A stretch of DNA of 64,000 nucleotides, from NCBI GenBank assembly GCA_963555985.3, contig OY820591.1, forward strand, positions 96,001 through 160,000, written 5' to 3'. The stretch is from Dehalococcoidia bacterium. GTDB lineage: Bacteria > Chloroflexota > Dehalococcoidia > Bin125. Below the pieces are notes generated by a model, which was given only the letters and a program-made list of their open reading frames with translations, had not been told where the DNA came from and did not search any database. This document shows positions 18,802 to 28,644 of the stretch, piece after piece. Within the stretch, counting starts at the first letter, position 1. Every line of letters begins with the position of its first letter. A program made the position numbers and the translations under genes.

Positions 18802-21174
18802 ATGTTGCGGGACTACCGGATTCTTGATCTGGCGGATGAGCGGGGGTTGATTGGGGGGATGATTCTGGCTGATTTGGGGGCGGATGTGATTGCGGTGGAG
18901 CCTCCGGGCGGGAATGCGGCGCGGCAGCGGGGGCCGTTTGCGAATGGGGCGGGAGTTGAGGATTCTCTGATCTGGCAGGCGTGGGCTCGAGGGAAGCGGT
19001 CGGTGGTCTTGGATCTGGACACGGAGGAGGGACGGGCGGCGTTTCGGGAGTTGACTCGGGGGGCGGACGCGATCATCGAGTCGGACGAGGTTGGGGCGAT
19101 GGCGGCGCGGGGGCTGGGATACGAGGAGCTAGCGGCGGAGAATCCAGGCCTGGTCTACGCGGCGATTACGCCGTTTGGGTCGAGCGGTCCCAAGGCGGGT
19201 TGGGCGGCGACAGATATCACGGTGGCGGCTGCGGCGGGGCCGATGGCGCAGAGCGGAGACCGTGATCGTGCGCCGTTGCGGGTCGACTTGCCGCAGACGG
19301 GGTTGCACGCCGGAGCGGAGGCGGCGATCGGGGTGCTGATGGCGCTGCACGAGCGGCGGCGGTCAGGACGGGGACAGTTTGTGGATGTGTCGGCGCAGGC
19401 GGCGTATGCGCAGGCGACCCAATCGGGGATTCTGGCCGCGCCCAATCATGCAACGCTGTTTGGGCGATCGGCGATCGGCGCTGCGATGGGTCCGCTGGAG
19501 ATTCGGTTGTTCTGGCCGTGCAAGGACGGGCATGTTGCTATTACATACTTGTTTGGCGCTGCAATTGGTCCGTTTTCGGCTCGCTTAATGCAGTATGCGT
19601 ATGAAGAAGGCTTCTGCGATGAAGCAACGCGAGACAAGGATTGGTTAAACTATACGAACTTGCTACTGACCGGGCAGGAGCCGATTACCGAATACCTTCG
19701 CTGTTGCGAAGTGGTGGGAGCGTTGTGCGCGGAGAAGACGAAGGCGGAACTGTTTGCCGTCGCGCAGGAGCGGCGTTTGCTGCTGGTGCCGGTTTCGACC
19801 GTGGACGATCTGGATCAGAACGCGCACCTGGCGGCGCGCGAGTACTGGCGCGAGTTGGAGCTGAACGGTCAGACGGCGCGCTTTCCGGGGCCGTTCGCGC
19901 GGCTTTCGGGGACGCCGATCCAATACGAGCGCCCCGCGCCGAAGCTGGGCGAGCACACGGACGAGGTGCTGGGCGAATCGCGTTCGGCGGCGAGCCTGCA
20001 CGGCGCGGACTCGGACAACACCGATCCGCCGCTCTCCGACCTGAAGATGCTCGACCTGATGTGGGTGATGGCGGGTCCGGCCGGTACCCGCGCGCTGGCC
20101 GATTTCGGCATCGACACGGTGCGGGTGGAGTCGAGCGTGCGGATCGATACGGCGCGCACGCTGCAACCGTTCATCGACGACGATCCGACCCAGCCGGAGG
20201 GGTCGGCGATGTTCCACAACATGAACGCGAACAAGCGGATGACGACGGTCGATCCGGCCAATCCGGCCGGGCGCGAGCTGCTGCTCGACCTGGTGCGCTG
20301 GGCTGATGTGGTGACGGAGTCGTTCACGCCGCGCGCGATGCGGGGCTGGGATCTGACCTGGGAGACGATCCACGAGGTCAACCCGCGCGTGATCATGATG
20401 TCGTCCTGCCTGATGGGTCAGAACGGGCCGCTGGCGGAGTTTGCGGGGTTCGGCAACCTGGCGGCGGCGTTTGCCGGATTCACGCCGCTGTGCGGCTGGC
20501 CGGATCGGTCCCCGGCAGGTCCATTCGGGGCCTACACGGACTACGTGGCGCCGCGCTTCGCCTCGGCGGCGCTGCTGGCGGCGTTGGAGGAGCGGGAGCG
20601 AACGGGTCAGGGACAGTACATCGACGTCTCGCAGATGGAGGCGGCGATTCACTTCCTCACACCGGCTCTGCTGGACTACCACCTGAACGGGACGATCTGG
20701 TCGCCGAGCGGCAACGACGATCCACACATGTCGCCGCATGGGGTGTATCCGTCGGCAGGAGCCGACCAGTGGGTCGCGATCGCGTGCCGCGATGACGCCG
20801 AGCGAGCGCAACTCGCTTCGCTGACAGGCGAACTGACAAGCGAGGCGATCAGCGCCTGGACGCAAGCGCGTTCGCCGGAAGAGGCGACGGATGCGTTGCA
20901 GGCCCTGGGCGTGCCGGCGCACGGCGTCCAGACGAGCGCGCACCTGGCGATGGATCCGCAGTTGGCGCATCGCGGGCACCTGGTCGAGATGCGCCACCCG
21001 ACCCAGAATCACTCGGTGGTCGAAGGGGCGCGGATCGTGATGTCGCGGACACCCGCGCGAGCGCCGACGGTCGCGCCGACGATGGGCGCGGACAGCGACA
21101 CGGTGCTGCGGGAGTTGCTGGGTTACAGCGATGAGCAGGTCGTGGAGCTGGTGGCGTCGGGGGCGTTGCAATAG
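18802..21174 (+). CDS. Family III CoA transferase (CaiB/BaiF), two fused domains
   Basis: LADLGADVIAVEPPGG and LADFG..VRVES; KRSVVLDL; GRGQFVDVS and GQGQYIDVS. Confidence 0.92.
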   Translation: MLRDYRILDLADERGLIGGMILADLGADVIAVEPPGGNAARQRGPFANGAGVEDSLIWQAWARGKRSVVLDLDTEEGRAAFRELTRGADAIIESDEVGAMAARGLGYEELAAENPGLVYAAITPFGSSGPKAGWAATDITVAAAAGPMAQSGDRDRAPLRVDLPQTGLHAGAEAAIGVLMALHERRRSGRGQFVDVSAQAAYAQATQSGILAAPNHATLFGRSAIGAAMGPLEIRLFWPCKDGHVAITYLFGAAIGPFSARLMQYAYEEGFCDEATRDKDWLNYTNLLLTGQEPITEYLRCCEVVGALCAEKTKAELFAVAQERRLLLVPVSTVDDLDQNAHLAAREYWRELELNGQTARFPGPFARLSGTPIQYERPAPKLGEHTDEVLGESRSAASLHGADSDNTDPPLSDLKMLDLMWVMAGPAGTRALADFGIDTVRVESSVRIDTARTLQPFIDDDPTQPEGSAMFHNMNANKRMTTVDPANPAGRELLLDLVRWADVVTESFTPRAMRGWDLTWETIHEVNPRVIMMSSCLMGQNGPLAEFAGFGNLAAAFAGFTPLCGWPDRSPAGPFGAYTDYVAPRFASAALLAALEERERTGQGQYIDVSQMEAAIHFLTPALLDYHLNGTIWSPSGNDDPHMSPHGVYPSAGADQWVAIACRDDAERAQLASLTGELTSEAISAWTQARSPEEATDALQALGVPAHGVQTSAHLAMDPQLAHRGHLVEMRHPTQNHSVVEGARIVMSRTPARAPTVAPTMGADSDTVLRELLGYSDEQVVELVASGALQ

Positions 21175-21195
21175 CGAAGAGGAAGAAGGACTGAG

Positions 21196-22080
21196 ATGGC
21201 AACGCATCACGACGAGCGAATGATTGAGGCGAATGGGATCGAGATCTGCGCCGACGCCTTTGGCGATCCGGCCGATCCGGCGATCCTGCTGTTCTCGGGC
21301 GGATCGGCGTCGATGCTGCTCTGGGAGGAAGCGTTCTGCGAGCTTCTGGCCGACGGCGGGCGCTTTGTCGTCCGTCACGACCAACGCGACACCGGCAAGA
21401 CCACGTCGTGTCCGCCAGGCGAACCGAACTACACACTCAACGATATGGCTGCGGACGGCGTGGCGGTGCTCGACGGCTATGGAATCGAGCGGGCGCATAT
21501 CGCGGGCATGTCGATGGGCGGCTTCATCACTCAATTGGCCGCGCTTGAGTATCCGGAGCGGGTGCTGACCCTGACGCAGGTCATGTCCACGTCTGACCTG
21601 CACGGGTTCCTGGCCCCGTTGCTGGGCAATCCCGAGGGGGCGAAGCTGCCGCCGCCTAGGCCTCAGGTGATGGAGGCGTTCGCCGCGGTCGGCGAGATCG
21701 ACGGGAATGACCGGGACGCCGTCCTGGCTGGCAGAGTCAGGTTGTTTCAGTCGCTACAGGGCTCGAAGTACCAGGGTCAGGGCCGCAGCGAGGAGCTGCT
21801 GCGCGCAGAAATCGACCGCGCGATCAGCTTCCAGAGCAACATGAACCACGTCGGCGCAGAGCTGCAGACCAAACCCTGGGTCCACCGGCTCGGCGAACTG
21901 GACCTGCCCACGCTGGTGATCCACGGCGACGAGGATCCGATCGTGCCAATCGAGCACGGCGAGGCGGTTCAGGCTGCCATCAACGGCTCGACGATGCTCA
22001 CCCTTGAGGGAGTTGGTCACGAGCTGCCCAGAGGCGTGTGGGACGTAGTCGTGCCCGCGATCCTGGAGCACACCAACTGA
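21196..22080 (+). CDS. Alpha/beta hydrolase (esterase)
   Basis: GMSMGG, HGDEDP, GVGHE. Confidence 0.9.
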   Translation: MATHHDERMIEANGIEICADAFGDPADPAILLFSGGSASMLLWEEAFCELLADGGRFVVRHDQRDTGKTTSCPPGEPNYTLNDMAADGVAVLDGYGIERAHIAGMSMGGFITQLAALEYPERVLTLTQVMSTSDLHGFLAPLLGNPEGAKLPPPRPQVMEAFAAVGEIDGNDRDAVLAGRVRLFQSLQGSKYQGQGRSEELLRAEIDRAISFQSNMNHVGAELQTKPWVHRLGELDLPTLVIHGDEDPIVPIEHGEAVQAAINGSTMLTLEGVGHELPRGVWDVVVPAILEHTN

Positions 22081-22187
22081 GGGCTCGCGTCTGCGGCCGG
22101 TCTGACGCTCTCACGGTTGCGCGAGCGCACTGTTAGCGTCATCAGCACAGCGACCGACTTCAGACGACTCTGGAGTGGAGACAGACC

Positions 22188-23084
22188 ATGGCGACCCATC
22201 ACAGCGAGCGAATGATCGAAGGCAACGGGATCGAGATCTGCACCGACTCCTTCGGCGACCCTAACGATCCCTGCATCCTGCTGGTCATGGGCGCCGGAGC
22301 GTCGATGCTGCGCTGGGACAACGACCTCTGCAGCCAACTGGCCGACGGCGGCCGCTTCGTGATCCGCTACGACAACCGCGACACCGGACGCACGACCTGT
22401 TACCCGCCGGGTGAGCCCAACTACACGCTTACCGACATGGCCGCCGACGGGGTTGCGGTGCTGGATGCTTACGGGGTCGAGCGTGCGCACATCGCGGGCG
22501 CGTCGATGGGCGGCATGATCACGCAGATGATCGGTCTCAACCACCCCGAGCGGGTGCTGACCTTGACGCCGATCATGTCGACTCCGGATCCCGGCGCGAC
22601 GCTGGAAGCGTCGGACGCCTTCGAGAGCGGAGGGCACGGGGAAGCGCTGTCGCCGCCGAGGCCTGAGATCCTGGAGGCGATCGGCGCGATGGCGGGCCTC
22701 GACTGGAGCGACCGTGAGGCTGTGATCGCGGTTCAGGTGCAGATGGTGCGCGCGCTGGCCGGGTCGGGCTACCCGGATGACGGCTCACTCGACGAGGAGT
22801 TCTTTGGGGCCGACTTCGACCGCTCGATCAGCTACGTCAGCAGCTTCAATCATGGGCCGGCGATCGCGCAGTCGGAGCCGTGGGCGCAGCGGCTGAGCGA
22901 ACTGGACGTGCCGACGCTCGTGATCCACGGCGACGACGATCCGATCCTGCCCTACGATCACGGCCAGGCTCTACACGCTGCGATCCCGGGTTCGACGATG
23001 CTCACTCTCGAGGGGGTCGGGCACGAACTGCCGCGCGGCGTCTGGGATGTGGTGATTCCGGCGATCCTGGAGCACACGAGCTGA
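22188..23084 (+). CDS. Alpha/beta hydrolase, tandem paralog
   Basis: GASMGG, HGDDDP, GVGHE; termini very similar to the upstream gene. Confidence 0.9.
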   Translation: MATHHSERMIEGNGIEICTDSFGDPNDPCILLVMGAGASMLRWDNDLCSQLADGGRFVIRYDNRDTGRTTCYPPGEPNYTLTDMAADGVAVLDAYGVERAHIAGASMGGMITQMIGLNHPERVLTLTPIMSTPDPGATLEASDAFESGGHGEALSPPRPEILEAIGAMAGLDWSDREAVIAVQVQMVRALAGSGYPDDGSLDEEFFGADFDRSISYVSSFNHGPAIAQSEPWAQRLSELDVPTLVIHGDDDPILPYDHGQALHAAIPGSTMLTLEGVGHELPRGVWDVVIPAILEHTS

Positions 23085-23144
23085 GTCGCAAGACGACCAA
23101 CACGCCGCTACGCTGAATCGCAGCAAGCGAAGGAGCGGGGTCTG

Positions 23145-23453
23145 ATGTCCGAGACCGTCAGTGTTGAGTCGGTCGAGTCACTGAGGAATCCCTATTGGGT
23201 GATGGACTCGCAATCGCCGGATTGGGTCTGGTATCCGGAAGTGTTGGCTCAATTTCCGCCGATCGAGGAGTGGACGGACGAGGTTCGGGAAGACGCGGAG
23301 CACATGCAAATGTCCGAATGGCGCCGGCGTCATCCGCAGCCGGGGTCATCGGTTCCTTGGGAGGAACTCAAGCGGCGGTGGGCGGAGCGTCTGGCACAAA
23401 TCGACGATCCAGAAGCGGCAGAGTTGCTACGAGAGCTCGAATCAGAGCGTTAG
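23145..23453 (+). CDS. Putative antitoxin (PPxxEW family, divergent copy)
   Basis: FPPIEEWTDE motif, VPWEELK; upstream of a RelE; AGGAG SD. Confidence 0.65.
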   Translation: MSETVSVESVESLRNPYWVMDSQSPDWVWYPEVLAQFPPIEEWTDEVREDAEHMQMSEWRRRHPQPGSSVPWEELKRRWAERLAQIDDPEAAELLRELESER

Positions 23454-23494
23454 CCGTCGCCGGTTCAGAGAAGAACCAGGAGTGAGTCTGCACG

Positions 23495-23767
23495 ATGTCG
23501 GCGGGCTACCTGGTTGACATTCCAGATCATGTCCGCGAGACGATCGATGATCTGCCGGATCGGGATTTTATGGTGGTCTTTCGGCGATTGCACCGCTTAC
23601 AACTCGATCCATGGGCGGGAGATGTGCGCCGTCTGCAGGTGAGGGGTGAAGTCGAGTTCCGCGTGCGTGCGGGTGACTACCGCATTGTCTACACGGTTGA
23701 CGAGGAGCGGAGGATTGTGCAGGTCAAGCAGGTCGGGCTGCGCAGGGATGTCTATCGCCGGCGGTAG
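23495..23767 (+). CDS. RelE/ParE family toxin
   Basis: FRVRAGDYRIVYTVD..VGLRRDVY. Confidence 0.88.
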   Translation: MSAGYLVDIPDHVRETIDDLPDRDFMVVFRRLHRLQLDPWAGDVRRLQVRGEVEFRVRAGDYRIVYTVDEERRIVQVKQVGLRRDVYRRR

Positions 23768-24333
23768 ACCGTCATGGCGACGCCGTTTGGGGTGGAGCCG
23801 GTTCGGACCAAGCTGAGCTCGGCGGGACTGACGCTGCGCTCGAATAGATGCTTGCCGCCTCCGACGACGACGGGGAACGTCCAGAGTCGGTATTCGTCGA
23901 TCAGATGGTGGCGGTGCAGGGTTTGGTTTAATCGCCAACTGCCGTGTACCTGGAGCAGCGGGCCGTTCTCGCGCTTGAGCCGGCGGATGTCTTCGACGGT
24001 GTTGCCGTTGATGCGGATGCTGTTGCTCCAGGTCAGCGGGCGGCGCGAGTTGGAGACTACGTACTTGCGTGCCTGGTTGAGGCGGGCGGCGACTGGGTCG
24101 GAGTCGGGTTGGTCGGGCCAGTGGGCGGCGAAGATGTCGTAGGTCTTGCGGCCGAGGAGCAGGTCGTAGGGCTGGGACATGAACTCGGCGTAGACCCGGG
24201 GCATGGCTTGTTCCCAGAAGGGGGCGGCCCAACCGCCGCCGGTGAAGCCGTTGGAGGTGTCCTCTTCGGGGCTGGTTGGGCTTTGCACCACGCCGTCGAG
24301 GGTGATGAAGCTGAGGATGGCGAGTTCACGCAT
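23752..24333 (-). CDS. Dihydrofolate reductase (RibD_C) family protein
   Basis: FITLDGVVQ, LLGRKTY, IDEYRL..PVVVGGG. Confidence 0.88.
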   Translation of the reverse strand: MRELAILSFITLDGVVQSPTSPEEDTSNGFTGGGWAAPFWEQAMPRVYAEFMSQPYDLLLGRKTYDIFAAHWPDQPDSDPVAARLNQARKYVVSNSRRPLTWSNSIRINGNTVEDIRRLKRENGPLLQVHGSWRLNQTLHRHHLIDEYRLWTFPVVVGGGKHLFERSVSPAELSLVRTGSTPNGVAMTVYRRR

Positions 24334-24432
24334 GTCGAGGTCAGCCTACTCGGGTCATGGTGTTAGCGGCGGCGGGCAACGACAAATCGCAGATTGGCGA
24401 GGGCGGGCTGCTGGCGACGACGGTACTGATCA

Positions 24433-24467
24433 CGGCGAGATACCCGCGGCAAGCGCGGGTATGACGG
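24433..24467 (-). repeat. REP-like palindrome, family A, reverse orientation
   Basis: GAGATACCCGCGGCAAGCGCGGGTATGACGG. Confidence 0.8.
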
Positions 24468-24504
24468 TGTTGTGTGCGGTAACGACGGAGTTCTGTGGTC
24501 GCGG

Positions 24505-25605
24505 TTAGAGGCTGTCCAGGTTGATTGGGCTTCCCGACTTGGCCGACTCGTAGATGCCGAAGACGATTTTCATCGTTTCGAGGTTGTCGCGGCCGCTGCT
24601 GATTGGTTCTCCGCCGTCTTCGCAGCAGCGGGCGAAGTGCTGGATTTCGTTGATGTAGGGGTTGTCGGTGGGCAGTGTGAGGTCGCTGGTGTCGATTGGC
24701 TGGAAGCTCGTGTCCAGACTGAAGCTGTTCTCGCCGTCCTGCTGGGCGCTGGCGATTACGGCGGGGGTTCGGTGCCACATCAAGGGCGTGTTTTCGGCGG
24801 GCGGGGGAGTCCAGGCTGCGCCTTCATCGCCGAGGATCAGGATTTGGAAGAGCCAGGGCGCGCGGCTGGTGAGACTGGCGGTGAGTTGGCCGACGGCGCC
24901 GTTGGCGAATTCGAGGGTGGCGACGGCGCGGTCTTCGGCGTCGTTGGTGAAGCTGGGGTGTCCGCGCCAGGCGCGGGCGTCGACGCGGGCGACTTCGCCG
25001 ACGAAGTAGCGCATGAGGTCGAGGTGGTGGACGGAGAGCAGGGTGACGACTCCGCCGCCGCCGCGCTTGCCGTCGAAGCCCCACCAGCCGGCGCGGGGGG
25101 CGATGGGCTGGTTTGGGTCGTCGAGGGCGGCGGTGAGGAAGGTGTCGACGCGGGCGGACCAGATGCGGCCCAGTTCGCCGGCCTGGATGCGCCGGCGGAG
25201 GGCCATGTAGGTGGGGACGTGGCGGAGATGCTGGGCGACCATGAAGGTGACGCCGGCTTGGTCGGTGGCTTCGACGATGGCGCGGCATTCGTCGATCGAG
25301 ACGGCCATCGGTTTTTCGAGCAGGACGTGTTTGCCGGCGCGGGCGGCGGCGATGGCGAGCTCGGCGTGGGTGTCGTGGATGGTGCAGATGTCGACGGCGT
25401 CGATGTCGGCGTGTTCGAGCATTGCGTCGGCGCTGGTGAAGATGCTGTCGACGTTGGCTTCGGCGGCGAACTCTCGGGCGGCGTCTTCGCGGATGTCGCA
25501 GACGGCGCTGAGGCGGATGTCGTCGGGTTTGAGTTGGTAGCCGGGGAGGTGCTGGCGGGAGATGCCGCCGGTACCGATGAGGCCGACCTTGAGCGGTTCG
25601 GGCAT
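24505..25605 (-). CDS. Gfo/Idh/MocA oxidoreductase
   Basis: VGLIGTGGI, GKHVLLEKP, HHLDL. Confidence 0.9.
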   Translation of the reverse strand: MPEPLKVGLIGTGGISRQHLPGYQLKPDDIRLSAVCDIREDAAREFAAEANVDSIFTSADAMLEHADIDAVDICTIHDTHAELAIAAARAGKHVLLEKPMAVSIDECRAIVEATDQAGVTFMVAQHLRHVPTYMALRRRIQAGELGRIWSARVDTFLTAALDDPNQPIAPRAGWWGFDGKRGGGGVVTLLSVHHLDLMRYFVGEVARVDARAWRGHPSFTNDAEDRAVATLEFANGAVGQLTASLTSRAPWLFQILILGDEGAAWTPPPAENTPLMWHRTPAVIASAQQDGENSFSLDTSFQPIDTSDLTLPTDNPYINEIQHFARCCEDGGEPISSGRDNLETMKIVFGIYESAKSGSPINLDSL

Positions 25606-25687
25606 GGTCTGAGTCCTGCCAAGCTGGGGCGCGGGGAGCGGGGGCAGGATAGCGATTTGGGAGTTGAGGTCGGCGTAGACTGGATTT

Positions 25688-25764
25688 GGGCCCTTAGCTC
25701 AGTTGGCCAGAGCAGCGGACTTTTAATCCGAAGGTCCTGGGTTCGAGTCCCAGAGGGCCCACCA
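25688..25764 (+). tRNA. tRNA-Lys (anticodon TTT)
   Basis: GGGCCCT/AGGGCCC acceptor stem, AGCTCAG D arm, CTTTTAA anticodon loop, GGTTCGAGTCC T arm, encoded CCA. Confidence 0.95.
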
Positions 25765-25823
25765 CTCGCGCTTGGGCAGGCGGGGATATCTTGGCGTTGC
25801 GGTAGCGGAGATTAGAGGTTGTC

Positions 25824-26240
25824 ATGGGCGAGATTGTGGTGGAGATTGAGTTGGAGAACATCGGCGATCGGAAGCTGGCTGAGGCGGGGATTCGAGCTGA
25901 GGCGGATGTGCGGCGGGAGACGCTTCGCGCGGTGGCCGATACCGGAGCGGTGATGTTGGCGCTGCCGGCGGATGTGGTGGAGCGGCTCGGCGTGCCCGTG
26001 GTGGACACGATTACGACGACGTATGCCGACGGTCGCCGGGGGGAGCTGCCGGTGTCCGACACGCTGACGATTCGGATTGGGGATCGGCGCATGGGGACGG
26101 AGTGCATCGTCGTGCCGGAGGGCGCGGAAGCGCTGGTCGGGCAGGTGGTGATGGAGGTGCTGGATCTGATTGCGGACCCGGTGAACCAGACGCTGGGCCC
26201 GAGGCCGGAGTCGCCCGATCGGCGGTTGTTGCGGGTGTGA
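25824..26240 (+). CDS. Clan AA (retropepsin-like) aspartic protease
   Basis: ADTGA catalytic motif, YADG flap, ALVG. Confidence 0.87.
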   Translation: MGEIVVEIELENIGDRKLAEAGIRAEADVRRETLRAVADTGAVMLALPADVVERLGVPVVDTITTTYADGRRGELPVSDTLTIRIGDRRMGTECIVVPEGAEALVGQVVMEVLDLIADPVNQTLGPRPESPDRRLLRV

Positions 26241-26315
26241 GGGGTCGGCCCTTCATCGTTCGTGACAGGGGCGGCGGGTATATTGGGGCTGTGAGCGCGG
26301 CGTTTGGAGGTTGTC

Positions 26316-26732
26316 ATGGGCGAGATCATCGTTGAGATCGAGTTGGAGAATCGCGAGGATCGTTACGACGCGCTCAGGGGGCGGATAGACGAGAATTCGG
26401 TGCGGCGGGAGACGATTCGCGCGGTGGCCGACACCGGGGCGGTGATGTTGGCGCTGCCTGAGGATCTGGTGGAGCGGCTCGGCGTGCCCATGGTGGACAC
26501 GATTACGACGACGTATGCCGACGGTCGCCGGGGGGAGCTGCCGGTGTCCGACACGCTGACGATTCGGATTGGGGATCGGCGCATGGGGACGGAGTGCATC
26601 GTCGTGCCGGAAGGCGCGGAGGCATTGGTTGGTCAACTGGTGATGGAGCGCCTCGATCTGATCCCCGACCCGTTGAATCAGACGCTGGGTCCGAGGCCGG
26701 AATCGCCCGATCGGCCGTTGTTGCGGGTGTGA
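26316..26732 (+). CDS. Clan AA aspartic protease, tandem duplicate
   Basis: ADTGA; GGAGG SD; core nearly identical to the upstream copy. Confidence 0.87.
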   Translation: MGEIIVEIELENREDRYDALRGRIDENSVRRETIRAVADTGAVMLALPEDLVERLGVPMVDTITTTYADGRRGELPVSDTLTIRIGDRRMGTECIVVPEGAEALVGQLVMERLDLIPDPLNQTLGPRPESPDRPLLRV

Positions 26733-26742
26733 GGGGCACCAA

Positions 26743-27120
26743 CTAGTCGGTGATGTAGGTGTGGGTGATTACTTCCCAGACGTGGCCGTTTTCACAATCG
26801 AAGTAGAAGCCGCGCCCCTGATGGCGGTGATTGATCCGGCCGTCCGTGCGTGAACCGGGACCGCTGCCGAACACCACGCCCTCATCCTTGACCCGCTGCA
26901 AGATCGCATCGAACTCCTCGTCGGAGGCGAGGAAGGCGTAGTGATTCGAGCCCGGGCTGTCTGAATGATCGAAGTCCAGGGTCAGGGTGTCGTTGATCTT
27001 GACCGGGGCGAAGTGTCCCCAATTTCCCTCATAGGTCAGGCCGAAGATGCGAGCGATGAATTTCGCCGAGCGTTCCTTGTCGTAGGCCGGCACGATGGTG
27101 TGATCGAGCTGCAATGGCAT
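26743..27120 (-). CDS. VOC/glyoxalase family protein
   Basis: LDHTIV, HYAF, GRGFYFD..GHVWE. Confidence 0.85.
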   Translation of the reverse strand: MPLQLDHTIVPAYDKERSAKFIARIFGLTYEGNWGHFAPVKINDTLTLDFDHSDSPGSNHYAFLASDEEFDAILQRVKDEGVVFGSGPGSRTDGRINHRHQGRGFYFDCENGHVWEVITHTYITD

Positions 27121-27138
27121 GGCGTCCCTCCTGGCGAC

Positions 27139-27447
27139 TCAGCAGGCGTCGTCTGCTGCCAATGTATCGATTTGGCCGCAGTCCGGAGCAGGCGTCGCGA
27201 GCCGGGCGGGCCGCCAGGCCATCTTCATGTAGACGTCTCCGCGCTCCAACTCGTCCAGCATCTGCTGGAGGCGGCGCTGCTTCGTCTGCGCTCGCTTGGC
27301 GCGGTTGATCCAGCCCAGATAGTCGTTCCGCTGATAGGGCGGTCGAGCGCGGTAGGCCGCCATCAAGCCGCGCTCAAGCAGGGCGCGCTCAACGGCGGAC
27401 GGCATGGACTGGATCGGGCGGGTGAGCCGAGAGCCGGGTTCAGTCAC
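27139..27447 (-). CDS. YdeI/OmpD-associated family protein
   Basis: RPPYQRNDYLGWINRAKR..TKQRRL; GTG start inferred. Confidence 0.75.
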   Translation of the reverse strand: MTEPGSRLTRPIQSMPSAVERALLERGLMAAYRARPPYQRNDYLGWINRAKRAQTKQRRLQQMLDELERGDVYMKMAWRPARLATPAPDCGQIDTLAADDAC

Positions 27448-27467
27448 CGCTCGCCCCTTGCGGTTGC

Positions 27468-28541
27468 TCAGCGTTGGCTGGCGGCGGTTGGGTGCGGATC
27501 GGCCACGCTCGCGTGGACTTCCAGCAGAGCGGGAATGGTCTCGGCAGGCCGGCGTCCGAAGCCGCACTCGGTGGCGACGCCGAAGCCTGCGACCGCCGTC
27601 TGCGCTGCCATAATCCGGGCGCGCGTCCCGTCGGCGCCGTCGGTCAAGTGAACCAGGCCCAGGTAGAGCTCCGTCTGCGGCGGCAGCCGTAGGTCTCGCA
27701 GCGGCGCGAAGTAGGCTGCGTCGCTGCGATCTCGGGGGACCGGCAGGTGCAGCCACTGGAGCGGGCGGGCAATGCCCTCGGCGAGCCCGCGCGCAATTGT
27801 GGCGAGCTTGCCCGCATCGGCCGGCTGAATGAAGTGCTGGTGTTCGACATCGCCGTAGCAGAGGTGGTAGCCCAGTTCGACCGCCTCGGGCACGTGATTG
27901 CCGAGCCGGACGAGGCGCTCCAGGATGTCCCGCTCCGGCTCCGCGAGGAACGAGTCGACCAGTCCCTCCAAGATGGCGAACTCGACCGCGGTGTCCCACT
28001 GGATCGCCAATTCGCCGGCGGGGATCGCGGCGGCGATGCCGTCTAGCTCCTCCAGCAGCTTGCGCTCGTAGGCCTGCTCGACCGCTTCCTGATCGCGCGG
28101 GACGAAGCGGACGTGAATCACCGCCAGCGGCGTCGGCAGACAGACCTGGAACCTGACTCCGGCCGGGATGATGCCATCCTGCTTGAGCCGCGAGAAGACC
28201 GCATACGACTCGAGCGCCGCCGCCTGATAGCCGAGTTCGGGAAAGGCGATCTCTGCGCGGCTGACTCCGCTTCGAAGCTGGAGCCTGGGACCAAAGGGGC
28301 CGGGCGTCTCATCGGCCGGCTCGAACTCCGGGACCTGGGTCAGCAGCGGGAACTGCCACTGGATCCAGTTGGTGCGAATGCCGGTCTCGCCGTCGGGTAT
28401 GCGGCGGAGGCAGGCGCCGAGCCCGGCCGAGACTGCGCGAAAGACAGTCTCGCTGTCGGCGAGCGGAACGCTGCCGACAAGATGCGCGCCGCGCGGCCGT
28501 GGGGCTGCGCTCGCGCTCTCAGCGCCGGACGAGTCGGCCAT
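27468..28541 (-). CDS. Cobalamin-independent methionine synthase (URO-D/CIMS)-like protein
   Basis: HLVGSVP, PDGE, IQWD..E, HLCYGD, TECGFG. Confidence 0.7.
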   Translation of the reverse strand: MADSSGAESASAAPRPRGAHLVGSVPLADSETVFRAVSAGLGACLRRIPDGETGIRTNWIQWQFPLLTQVPEFEPADETPGPFGPRLQLRSGVSRAEIAFPELGYQAAALESYAVFSRLKQDGIIPAGVRFQVCLPTPLAVIHVRFVPRDQEAVEQAYERKLLEELDGIAAAIPAGELAIQWDTAVEFAILEGLVDSFLAEPERDILERLVRLGNHVPEAVELGYHLCYGDVEHQHFIQPADAGKLATIARGLAEGIARPLQWLHLPVPRDRSDAAYFAPLRDLRLPPQTELYLGLVHLTDGADGTRARIMAAQTAVAGFGVATECGFGRRPAETIPALLEVHASVADPHPTAASQR

Positions 28542-28644
28542 CTCGAGCCTCCATACCCCAAGACACTCCGTCGTCCCGCCGCCGGCGGGATTACGAAGCG
28601 TGGTCAGGATATCGGAGCATCGCCAGCGCGTGCCAGCCGTCTGC

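Noticed and set aside
21196-23084. Tandem hydrolase duplication as a special system
   Set aside because: Ordinary paralogs with divergent lid regions and nothing else unusual
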